Virus record (IMG/VR): IMGVR_UViG_3300032214_000789
Coordinates: 5,327-69,326 of that record
DNA: 64,000 nt
Direction: 5' to 3' (one strand)
DNA from: a virus
The position numbers were made by a program, and so were the translations under genes. Of the stretch, positions 19,338 to 29,800 are shown piece after piece. The stretch's first letter is position 1, and each line of letters begins with the position of its first letter. The notes beneath the pieces are model-generated. The model saw only the letters and a list, made by a program, of their open reading frames with translations, made no database searches and was not told the DNA's origin.

Positions 19338-19410
19338 TGCTGGTTGCGAGGATCGAACTCGCCTGTATCCGATTATGAGTCGGGTGCTTTCACCAGATAG
19401 CTAAACCAGC
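19338..19410 (-). tRNA. tRNA with CAT anticodon (Ile2-like, or elongator Met)
   Basis: GCTGGTT/AACCAGC acceptor stem, D-arm TAGCTATCTGGTGAAAGC, anticodon loop CTCATAA, T-arm GCGAG-TTCGATC-CTCGC, discriminator A, CCA not encoded. Confidence 0.9.
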
Positions 19411-19414
19411 AATT

Positions 19415-19450
19415 AAAACCAGATCAACTATAGAAGATCTGGGTCTTTTT
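19415..19450. terminator. hairpin between the Phd-like ORF and the tRNA
   Basis: ccagatc-N10-gatctgg inverted repeat flanked by A/T runs. Confidence 0.4.
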
Positions 19451-19451
19451 G

Positions 19452-19652
19452 TCAGGAACCTTCTTCGTGATCAGTATGAATTCTTGTTAGGGCATCATCT
19501 GAATTAGAAGGTTCATTATAATCATAAATTTTATAAGGCATCAAAAGAACATCACCTTTTTCACTTTCAATAATAAATTGGTGTCCTTGTTCAACTTGAG
19601 TAAGTATTTCTTCAAAATCTTTCTGAAGTTCTTCTACTGTAATGGTTTTCAT
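19452..19652 (-). CDS. Phd/YefM antitoxin-like small protein
   Basis: MKTITVEELQKDFEEILTQVEQGHQFII...DVLLMP fits the Phd/YefM N-terminal pattern. Confidence 0.6.
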   Translation of the reverse strand: MKTITVEELQKDFEEILTQVEQGHQFIIESEKGDVLLMPYKIYDYNEPSNSDDALTRIHTDHEEGS

Positions 19653-19655
19653 ATC

Positions 19656-19847
19656 TTAAAAAGGATTGGAATATACAAGAGTTTCTTCATCTAACTGTAC
19701 TCGCACTACATCCAACACGTTCATAAATTGATCAACAGTATCACATTCAACTACTTTTTCACCACCTTCACTGGAATATAAGTAAAATTTACGAGCAAGA
19801 GTATCAACAACACATCGTGTGAGATATTCTTCAGTATTAGAAGGCAT
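19656..19847 (-). CDS. conserved cyanophage hypothetical protein
   Basis: ORF track; start moved to ATG 19847 because 19874 abuts the -10 box. Confidence 0.7.
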   Translation of the reverse strand: MPSNTEEYLTRCVVDTLARKFYLYSSEGGEKVVECDTVDQFMNVLDVVRVQLDEETLVYSNPF

Positions 19848-19874
19848 GTGTGGGATTTGTTTGATTACCCTCAT

Positions 19875-19920
19875 ATTATAGGTTCTCTGCTGTGAGATGT
19901 CAAGGGGGTGTGTGCCAGTT
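19875..19920 (-). promoter_or_regulatory. sigma70-type early promoter with upstream AACTGGCACA motif
   Basis: Consensus TTGACA(19903-19898)-17 nt-TATAAT(19880-19875); motif at 19920-19911. Confidence 0.8.
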
Positions 19921-19922
19921 CA

Positions 19923-21575
19923 TCAGGTGGTGAAAAGAGTATACCTAGATTTTGAGGCATTAAAGTTCTTAAGAACTTCTGTTTCGGTTAAAGCTTTTGA
20001 ATATAACCTAATTGCTGATATTTTTCCAGGAAAGTATTGATTAATATATGTATTTGTACAAAAACCAACTCTCATTACAGTTCCAGCAACTGGTCTAGTA
20101 ATATATAAAGAAGTTGCTGCAATACCAACAACATTTGTAGATGATTCAAGAACACCATTTATGTATAATTTAGATCCCACATTTTTTTCTCTGACTCCAA
20201 CAACATGATACCAATAATCAACTTGTATTTCGGATGTACTATCTAAACTTCCAGATCCTCTAGATCCGAAATTAACTACTACTTTATCAGTTTCTGGTTC
20301 ATATACTTGTAATCCAAAACCAGCAGTGGATGCTACTCCAACAATACTTGCACCACCAGTAACAATATTTGAAGACAGGTAAGAGGTATCAGTTATTTTT
20401 ATCCATGCTTCCATACTAAATGAAGCATCTCCAAATAAATCATTTTGACCACATTCATCAATCGCTTCGCCTAAATTAAGAACATAAGATTTTGGAAAAT
20501 CAAAATATTTCCCAGTAATTCCATATTCATTAAACCAAATAGAAGGACCATCTAAAGTATCATAGGAAGGGTAAAAATCTTTATTTCTTAAGGTGATTAC
20601 TGTTCCGTCACTGCCCAAATTATCTATTTCGGTAATTATGTTTACACCAGTTAATGTGTTAGTTTTAGTTGAAATACTATACGTTCTGGCAGCATCAATG
20701 TAAACAAATAATTTATCAAGTACAATATCTTCAACAATATTTGTAATATTACTAATCTGGGTTTTAATAAGATTTTTAGCTAAAACATCTGATCTAAAAT
20801 TAGATAATGCCCATAAACTAAATTCCGTTTCATCTTTATTTGTTTTTAAAACATTAACAGTAGAAATAGCAGTATCTCTTTCCTTTCTTAAATTTTCTAT
20901 ATCAGTGGCTAATTGTTTAATTGAATTTGCACATCCAACACAAAAAGATGCTCCATCTATTATTGATACAAAATTACCTAAACTTGATCCAGAATTTATA
21001 CGTGAAACATTTTCGAATCCAGATCCATATACATCATTACCAATTAAAGAAGATGTAACTTTATAAGTATCACCATCCGTAAAATTTAATTCGTCTATAT
21101 TTGGATGTCTATTTACATAAACATCATCCGCATATACTGTGGACCCTATACCAACAGCAACACAGTTTACGAGTAAAGTATCAGAATTCGGCACAAAATT
21201 TTTAAGTTGACAATTCGCCAAATTTGCAGCATTAAATAAACTAACTATTTCTAATTTTTTATCATTAATATTTTTATTCCAATTAAATATTTTTTCATCA
21301 TATGGTATTGAAACTTCTTTATAATTTACCGCTAATTTTTTCTTATCTTCTGCTTCTTTTTGGATTTTTTGCTCAGCAGTTGAAGTATCTCTCTCAATAA
21401 TAAATCTTTGTTTTGACCAAGTTCCGTCTGGATTTTGAGATATTATATCTTCATAAAATTGACCCTCTAAACCAGAAATTTCTGCAGTTGTTATATCAAC
21501 TAAATCTTCTAATTTAGATAATTCACCAGACAAAGAGTCAGCAATTCTACTAATATGAAAATCTTGTTCTGACAT
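19923..21575 (-). CDS. virion structural protein with C-terminal LamG/concanavalin A-like domain
   Basis: FSMEAWIK, WYHVVGV, LYINGVL, GKISAIRLYSKALTETEVLKNF. Confidence 0.8.
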   Translation of the reverse strand: MSEQDFHISRIADSLSGELSKLEDLVDITTAEISGLEGQFYEDIISQNPDGTWSKQRFIIERDTSTAEQKIQKEAEDKKKLAVNYKEVSIPYDEKIFNWNKNINDKKLEIVSLFNAANLANCQLKNFVPNSDTLLVNCVAVGIGSTVYADDVYVNRHPNIDELNFTDGDTYKVTSSLIGNDVYGSGFENVSRINSGSSLGNFVSIIDGASFCVGCANSIKQLATDIENLRKERDTAISTVNVLKTNKDETEFSLWALSNFRSDVLAKNLIKTQISNITNIVEDIVLDKLFVYIDAARTYSISTKTNTLTGVNIITEIDNLGSDGTVITLRNKDFYPSYDTLDGPSIWFNEYGITGKYFDFPKSYVLNLGEAIDECGQNDLFGDASFSMEAWIKITDTSYLSSNIVTGGASIVGVASTAGFGLQVYEPETDKVVVNFGSRGSGSLDSTSEIQVDYWYHVVGVREKNVGSKLYINGVLESSTNVVGIAATSLYITRPVAGTVMRVGFCTNTYINQYFPGKISAIRLYSKALTETEVLKNFNASKSRYTLFTT

Positions 21576-21631
21576 TTTTTATTATATTCCGATATAATAT
21601 GTAGAAAAATTATAAATATGCATCTTTATAA

Positions 21632-23458
21632 TTAAAATTTATTTATTTTTTCTATCTTTTCATTTAATTCTTTGACTGCAGATATCAATAATCCAATCAA
21701 ACCATTATAGTTAACAGTTTTTTGTCCATTTGTAGAAAATACGAGTTCAGGAAATATTTTTTCAATGTCTTGAGCTATGACACCTATTGATGAATTATTT
21801 GTACCTTTCCAATTAAAACTTACACCCTTTAATTTGGTTATTTTTTCAATAGAATTTTCAATTTCTTTTATATTGTATTTCAAATTCTCATCCGATGCTG
21901 AGTTAAAATCAATTGCAGTTAAGGTTCCAGATGATGGATTAAATACTAGTCTATTTGAGTGGACAAAAAGTGTATCAGTTGATCCTGAAGTTGTTGACAA
22001 TATTCCAACATACCTATTTTCATTTGGATTAGCAGAATCGTCGTATATATTTATTGTATTTGTTCCAGTTTGACCTGATTCCCCCTGAGGTCCTTCGGGA
22101 CCTTGAGCGCCACTATTACCCTGAATACCTTGAAAATTACTCAATACTCCTTGAACACCTTGATTACTTAATCCTTGAGTGCCTTGAAGACCTTGATTAC
22201 CTACTCCTTGAGTACCCTGAAAATTACTTAATGCTCCTTGAACTCCAGTATCTCCTCTAACATAATTTCCTAAATCATAAACAACAACATCAACAACATC
22301 ATTTGAACTTGCAGGATCGTTTAAATTTACATGAATGTTATCTGTTGCAGTATATTCTGACAACGATAAGTGAGATCCATTTAAATATACATTTATAAAT
22401 CCTACACTATACCATGGACTAGCAGAGGCACTAAATTCTGATTGACCTTCGGAACAAATAAAATTGTATACTGTTATTGTGGATGGTGTAGTAGCTTCTG
22501 CAGATTCACCTCGAAGACCTTGAGAACCTTGAGAACCTTGAGATCCACGAGCACCTTGACTACCTTCAGATCCTTGAGTACCTTGCAATCCTTGATTACC
22601 CTGAGCACCATCAAGACCAATTTTACCAGAAAGTCCTTGAGTACCTTGAAAATTACTTAATGAACCTTGAAGTCCTTGAGTACCTTGAAGTCCTTGTAAT
22701 CCTTGAGTACCTTGAAAATTACTTAAAGATCCTTGTAATCCTTGATTTCCTTGGGTGCCTTGCCTACCTTGAATTCCCTGAATACCTTGTAATCCTTGAG
22801 TGCCTTGCCTACCTTGGTTGCCTTGAAGTCCTTGAGTACCTTGGTTGCCTTGAAGTCCTTGAAGACCTTGAAGTCCTTGAAGTCCTTGAAGTCCTTGATT
22901 ACCTTGAAGTCCTTGTAAACCTTGAGTACCTTGAAAATTACCAATTACCCCCTGAGTACCTTGGGATCCTTGACTACCCTGAAGTCCTTGCCTACCCTGA
23001 AGTCCTTGCGTTCCCTGAAGTCCTTGCGTTCCTTGAAGTCCTTGAAGACCTTGTAATCCTTGAAGTCCTTGTAAACCTTGAGTACCTTGAAAATTACCAA
23101 TTACCCCCTGAGTACCTTGAGATCCTTGTCTACCTTGAGGCCCTTGAGTTCCCTGAAGTCCTTGAGTTCCTTGTGTTCCTTGAAAATTACTTAATGGACC
23201 TTGAGTACCTTGAGATCCCTGAATACCAGCGCCAGTTTGATCAGTCGATTTTACCCAATATCTTTTTCCTTCATATCCATCAACTGCAATTAATACATAT
23301 TGATCACCAGGAGGAACAGGATTAACACCAACAGAAGAAACACCAACTTTTGGGTCTCCTAAATCTGGTTCAGATTGTTCTAATCCTAAAAATTCGTATC
23401 TGTCGGATGTGATTCCTAATCTATCAAATTTTTTAACTCTACCTGAATTATATTTCAT
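21632..23458 (-). CDS. collagen-like tail fibre protein with S74 chaperone
   Basis: Long (G-X-Q)n tract; C-terminal SDENLKYNI...GVIAQDIE...VNYNGLIGLLISAVKEL. Confidence 0.85.
   Translation of the reverse strand: MKYNSGRVKKFDRLGITSDRYEFLGLEQSEPDLGDPKVGVSSVGVNPVPPGDQYVLIAVDGYEGKRYWVKSTDQTGAGIQGSQGTQGPLSNFQGTQGTQGLQGTQGPQGRQGSQGTQGVIGNFQGTQGLQGLQGLQGLQGLQGTQGLQGTQGLQGRQGLQGSQGSQGTQGVIGNFQGTQGLQGLQGNQGLQGLQGLQGLQGLQGNQGTQGLQGNQGRQGTQGLQGIQGIQGRQGTQGNQGLQGSLSNFQGTQGLQGLQGTQGLQGSLSNFQGTQGLSGKIGLDGAQGNQGLQGTQGSEGSQGARGSQGSQGSQGLRGESAEATTPSTITVYNFICSEGQSEFSASASPWYSVGFINVYLNGSHLSLSEYTATDNIHVNLNDPASSNDVVDVVVYDLGNYVRGDTGVQGALSNFQGTQGVGNQGLQGTQGLSNQGVQGVLSNFQGIQGNSGAQGPEGPQGESGQTGTNTINIYDDSANPNENRYVGILSTTSGSTDTLFVHSNRLVFNPSSGTLTAIDFNSASDENLKYNIKEIENSIEKITKLKGVSFNWKGTNNSSIGVIAQDIEKIFPELVFSTNGQKTVNYNGLIGLLISAVKELNEKIEKINKF
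22510..23225. repeat. 9-bp tandem collagen-coding repeat
   Basis: ccttgaagt/ccttgagta/ccttgatta units. Confidence 0.9.
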
Positions 23459-23466
23459 AATTTATA

Positions 23467-23826
23467 TTATTGCTTTGCTGTTTCCAATACACTAAGAATT
23501 AAATTCAAAACTCCGTTTTGATTTGCTTGAATTTTTATAACATCATTTGTTTCTAATGCCATTCTTCCATCAGAAACTAAATTAACTCCATCATTTGGAG
23601 GAACATAAACTGAATTTGCAAATATATAATCTGCTTGAACTTCACTTGTTCTTGAGTGTGTTGCAGTAACCGTATAGGTACTTTTTGCAGCACCAGTTGA
23701 TATGTTTGCTACTTGTGATAAAATGACGATTGATGATACTCCAATGGGACAAGTGTATATTCCAACATTACTTGTTGTAATACCAACTCTAATTGTTCGG
23801 AATTTATTAAGTGCAATTGCTGCCAT
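23467..23826 (-). CDS. small virion structural protein
   Basis: YTCP...SIVILSQVAN...LETNDVIKI...LILSVLETA, typical of cyanophage tail-region small beta proteins. Confidence 0.7.
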   Translation of the reverse strand: MAAIALNKFRTIRVGITTSNVGIYTCPIGVSSIVILSQVANISTGAAKSTYTVTATHSRTSEVQADYIFANSVYVPPNDGVNLVSDGRMALETNDVIKIQANQNGVLNLILSVLETAKQ

Positions 23827-23830
23827 GTTT

Positions 23831-26800
23831 CTAACTTAATGCAATAATTAGAGGTGTTACTGTATTTAACAGACTTTGACTGAACGCTCTTCCAGTAATG
23901 GTTCCAGTTAATTGATTAATTACAACACCATCACCGATTTGGAAGTTTCCTGCCTGATTAGTGCTGGTGTATACAACTTGACCACCATTACGTTTATCAA
24001 CTTCATTTTCCTGAATAGTTACTCCACCCAAAGCAGGTTTTGCAGTATTAATATTTGTTCCAGATCCAACCCATTCTAAAGAAATTGAAGTTGCAATTTG
24101 TAAACTTAATCTTGAGAAATAAACTGTCGTTCCAGCGCCAACTGTATTATTTAGATTTTGAGTTAAAACTACGGTAGAAATTCCACTAACAGGTAAAGTT
24201 GCTGTTGTAATAGTGTAATATAATGGATATAAAACTGCTTCTGCGGTCGCATTAACTCCAGATCCACCAGGAATATCCGTAATTGTAATAGACGGAGGGT
24301 CTAAATATTGACTTCCATTTGCAATTACATCAATTGAAGTTATGGTACCATTTTGATCAACATTCGCAGAACCTTCTGCACGAATTCCACTTGGTCCTTC
24401 TGGAAATTCTATGATTACGTTTGGGGGATTTGCTGGATTATATCCACTTCCACCATTAGTAACATTAATAGAATTAACCTGATAGTATAATTCTCCAAAA
24501 TAAATTGCTTGACCGTCATAAGGTCTTTGCGTTCCTAATCCAGAAATAGTTACAGTGTCTGTTTCAATCTCTGCCGTCCCTACAGTTTCTCCAGTATATC
24601 TGTAGATTGATTTTGAGGTATAATCACCAACACCGTCAGAAACTAATCCATAATTTCCGAATGAACAGTTTGAGTTTGTAATATCACATTGCCCACCAGA
24701 CTTTGTAAAGATTCCAATATCATCACAAATAGTAAAGATTGAAACTAATTGAGTATAAGCACCATTTGTAATGGAAACGCCAATACCACCTTGATTATAT
24801 TGAGTATATGAGTCAACACTCATCGTTCCAGTTACACCAATATCTTCCTGATCTCCTGGTTCCGCAGCAAATCCATCAACTTTCATTCCAATACTATCAC
24901 CAATAAAGTTAGTGCAGTTTCTTACATAAGGACCTTGTGTAATTGGTCCAACTCCTTTTGAATATGGTGGGAATACAACACCACCAGAAACATAATTGTG
25001 GGGAATTGTAGATTTACCAACATTTACTGTAAAAGTGTTTCCAACACCAGGAACAGAAAGAACTTCAAAAGTATATCCATTATTTCCAGTTGGATATATT
25101 GTAGTTGTTGCCGCACCACTTGAACATGAGAATTCAAGATCTCTTAACGTTACAATATCTCCAGTTTTTACAGAAATACCAGGAGCAGTAATTGTAGTAA
25201 TACCAGTTAAATTGTCATATAATGCACTAGTAATTCCTATTGAACGATTAATAATATATCCACCAGAAACATAATCATGAGGAATAGTTGAAATTCCAGT
25301 GTAAATATCAAAAGAACTGTCTGAATTTATTTTTGATACATAAAATTCATATCCATAATAACCAGATGGAAACTTTTGAGTTGATACGGGACCACCAGAT
25401 GAGCAAGAGAAAGTTAAATCTCTAATTTCAATTAAATCACCAACTTTAACTGATAATCCCGGTGCTTTAACGGTAGTTTTACCAGAAGTTTCTTCATAAA
25501 CAGCACTAGTAATTCCAGAAATAGTTTCAAATCCTCTTCCTCTATTTCCTGGATATGTAGTATTAAATCCAACAGTTGAAAATGCGGTTGAACCAAGTCC
25601 TACAATTGAAGTTACTACTCCAACACAAGATTTAAGAGCAGATACGACGTTAGCGCATCCATTAATTGCATTATTAAATCCAGTATCTGGATCAATTTGC
25701 ATAGAAAGATCTTTTATTTGTGTAAATTCATTCTGATAATTAGTATATTTTTGAATTGTTCCCCCAGAAACGTAGGTATGAGGTAAAGTTGATTGTCCAA
25801 CTACAACTTCAAATGTATTCACCCCAACAACTTTATTAACATTAAAGATATATCCCAAAGATCCAGTAGGATATATTAATGATGTTGGTCCAGATGGGCA
25901 AGAAAATTCTAATCCAATAATCTTAACCGAATCATTTCTAATAAGACCATGATTAATGGCTGTAATTGTAGTAATTCCAGTATTATTATCGTAAAACGCA
26001 TTTACAACGGTTGTTCCTAAACCAACTGGATATCCTCCCCAAGTAACGTTGTTAATTACTGCACGTGCAATATTAAAAGAATAATCGATAGTTGATATAG
26101 TCTGTTTAACTTCTTCTGGATTTTTAAGAATACCAGTTTTTAAACTCCAATCATCATTATAATATGCTTTACCCGCAGCAACAGATCTTGAATTTCCACC
26201 TCTGGTAATATCATGAATAATACACTTCCAAATATCTACAACATCGTCTGCACAATCATGACTTTCTAATGTAACACCATATCTAACTGGTGGAGCATTT
26301 AATGTTGTTCCTGCACCAATCATATTAGTTACAATTCCAACCAATTTCCTAATGGTTGTTCCTACGCCCACACACCCACCTTCAACCTGAATGACTGAAA
26401 GATTTTTAACCTGAGATACACTATTTCCAACTCCCTGATAAGAAATGGGAGGAGTTAAATTATTAATAACATGAGTTGCAATTCCAGCAGCATAATCAAG
26501 AGCAGCAATAGTTGCTTGCGAAACACCAATTCCAGTAATGTGAATTAATCCACCAGAATTATTAAAGTATGAATAACCAGCACCAATAGATTTGCGATTG
26601 CTATTTGCTTTTAAATCATAGGAAATAGCATTCATAATGCTAACAACATCTTCTCTACAGTTAGTATAATCGCTATTGTTTAAAGTAAAATTATATCCAG
26701 AAGATGATGTTAAGAATCCAACTGCCTCTGCAGAAATATAGTTTAAGTTTGAATCGATTAATTTTGCAGCATCTTGTTCTCTATGTCCACCAGCAAATCC

Positions 26801-29800
26801 ACTGAATCCACTTGTTAAGAATCCAACAGATTCTTTTGCAATATATCTCAAATTAAATCTAATCATCCTGGAAGCATCAAAAAATCTATCAGTTGCGACA
26901 CCAAGTAATGGTTGAAGAGCAACAACTGCCGCACCATTTGTCATTGATGGTCCGATGAAACTTGCATCGGTAATATGGCAACCATTATTCACATAGAACA
27001 TATCTTGATTTCTATTTCTAGGAGTAATTACACAATTTCTCAATTCTGTCCCTTCAACAGAAACTGTTTTTGCCAGAACAATTGGATTGTCTTCAACGTA
27101 AGTTCCTGGGAATATTTTAATCGTGTCACCAAAAACTGCAACTGATGCCGCTGCTTTTATAGTTCTCTTTGGATAATTTTCTGCTAATCCAGTATTATTA
27201 TCATCTCCAGTCATAGAAACGTAAATTGTTCTACCAATTGGTTTATATGCTTGTATTTCAACTTTACCTTTACCCGGAATTTGAGATTCGAAAATATCAA
27301 TTCCAATTCCTGGAACAATTTGAGTCACAATTCCTACTAATGTTTCACCGTTACCATAATAATTTGTAGCAGTTGCAGTTCCAACAACTGTCAATGTATT
27401 TGTGATAACACTTGTTCCAATTCCAATGCTCCCAGATGATGGGTTAAAAACTAATTTTTCTGAAGAAGTTGTTACCGTAGAAATTGATGCATTAGTAATT
27501 GGTAGTATTGATGGATAAAAAATAACATCGCTTGAAACATCATCAAATACATCAAATGCAGATCTACCTTGTGCTCCCTGCAATCCTTGAGTGCCCTGAT
27601 TACCTTGAAGACCTTGAGTACCTTGAAGACCTTGAGTACCTTGAAAACCTTGAAGACCTTGAGTACCTTGAGCACCCTGCAATCCTTGTCTCCCTTGAGT
27701 ACCTTGAGGACCTTGTAATCCTTGAGTGCCTTGGAAATTACTTAAAGATCCTTGTAATCCTTGATTACCTTGTAGACCTTGAGTACCTTGTCTTCCTTGA
27801 GTACCTTGAGTACCTTGAAGTCCTTGTCTCCCTTGAGTACCTTGAAGTCCTTGTAATCCTTGAGTGCCTTGGAAATTACTTAATGGACCTTGAACTCCTT
27901 GATTGCCTTGAACTCCTTGAAGACCTTGTAATCCTTGAGTACCTTGGAAATTACTTAAAGATCCTTGTAATCCTTGAGTGCCTTGAACTCCTTGAAGACC
28001 TTGTAATCCTTGAGTACCTTGGTTGCCTTGAAGACCTTGATTACCCTGCAATCCTTGAGTACCTTGGTTGCCTTGAAGACCTTGTAATCCTTGAGTACCT
28101 TGGTTGCCTTGAAGTCCTTGAAGTCCTTGAGTACCTTGGTTGCCTTGAAGTCCTTGATTACCTTGAAGTCCTTGAAGTCCTTGATTACCTTGAAGTCCTT
28201 GAAGTCCTTGAGTGCCTTGGTTGCCTTGAAGTCCTTGATTACCCTGTAATCCTTGATTACCTTGAACTCCTTGAGTACCTTGGTTGCCTTGAAGTCCTTG
28301 ATTACCTTGAAGTCCTTGAAGTCCTTGATTGCCTTGAACTCCTTGAGTACCTTGGTTGCCTTGAAGTCCTTGAGTGCCTTGGTTGCCTTGAAGTCCTTGA
28401 TTACCTTGAAGTCCTTGAAGTCCTTGAGTACCTTGGTTGCCTTGAATTCCTTGTCTTCCTTGTGGACCTTGAAGTCCTTGATTGCCTTGAACTCCTTGAG
28501 TACCTTGGTTGCCTTGAATTCCTTGTCTTCCTTGTGGACCTTGAAGTCCTTGATTGCCTTGAACTCCTTGAGTACCTTGGAAATTACTTAATGGACCTTG
28601 AATTCCTTGTCTCCCTTGTAGACCTTGAAGTCCTTGAGTTCCTTGTATTCCTTGAAAATTACTTAATGGACCTTGAATTCCTTGTCTTCCTTGTATTCCT
28701 TGTAATCCTTGTAATCCTTGAGTGCCTTGGAAATTCCCAATTACACCTTGAAGTCCTTGATTACCTTGAGTACCTTGAGTACCTTGAGATCCTTGAGATC
28801 CTTGTCTTCCTTGTGGACCTTGAATTCCTTGAGCACCTTGGAAATTACTTAATGGACCTTGAACTCCTTGATTGCCTTGAGTACCTTGAGGACCTTGTAA
28901 TCCTTGAGTGCCTTGGAAATTACTTAATGGACCTTGAACTCCTTGATTGCCTTGAACTCCTTGAATTCCTTGTCTTCCTTGTATTCCTTGTAATCCTTGT
29001 AATCCTTGAGTGCCTTGGAAATTCCCAATTACACCTTGAGTTCCCTGTCCTCCCTGTGTACCTTGCCTACCTTGAACTCCTTGATTACCTTGAACTCCTT
29101 GATTGCCTTGAACTCCTTGAATACCTTGCAATCCTTGTAGACCTTGAAGTCCTTGAGTGCCTTGGAAATTACTTAATGTTCCTTGAAGTCCTTGAATACC
29201 TGAAGAGGAAAAATTTAAAGAAAATGTAGTATTGTTTGAAGGAAGAATTCCAGAAACATATGTAACTGTTATTTCCCAATAAGTAGAAATAAAACTATAT
29301 CTAGTTGCATTGATAATTTTCCAAATATTAACAACAGTTCCGGATGCCGAAGATTGAATGACATACAAATATCCTATTCCTTCTTGAATCCAAGTTGAAT
29401 ACCAAGATTGTTGATTATTGCCAAGAAAATCTACGTCATCGATGTAAATTTTATTTACTAAAGATATGTTCGAATTGTTATATTTAAATTGTCCACTACC
29501 AGGATCTGTTGTGTCTGTATTGGAAATAAATCTATAAAAAACTCCTCCTTTATCCCCACTATTTCCTTTCTCACCAATAATTCCTTGATTTCCCTGAACT
29601 CCGGTGCCTTGAGTGCCTTGTCTTCCTTGTATTCCTTGAGCACCTTGGAAATTTGATATTACACCCTGAGTACCTTGAAATCCTTGAATACCCTGATTAC
29701 CTTGTAATCCTTGATTACCTTGTAGACCTTGAGTACCTTGTCTTCCCTGTATTCCTTGAGTTCCTTGGAAATTTCCCAATACTCCTTGAATGCCTTGCTG

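Noticed and set aside
21611-21618. Perfect TATAAATA on the plus strand
   Set aside because: Points antisense to the flanking minus-strand genes in a very AT-rich gap; likely chance
27532-29229. 565-aa plus-strand Leu/Glu-rich ORF (and similar ORFs at 22660-23325 and 29653-29901)
   Set aside because: Antisense shadows of the 9-bp collagen repeat; no independent signals
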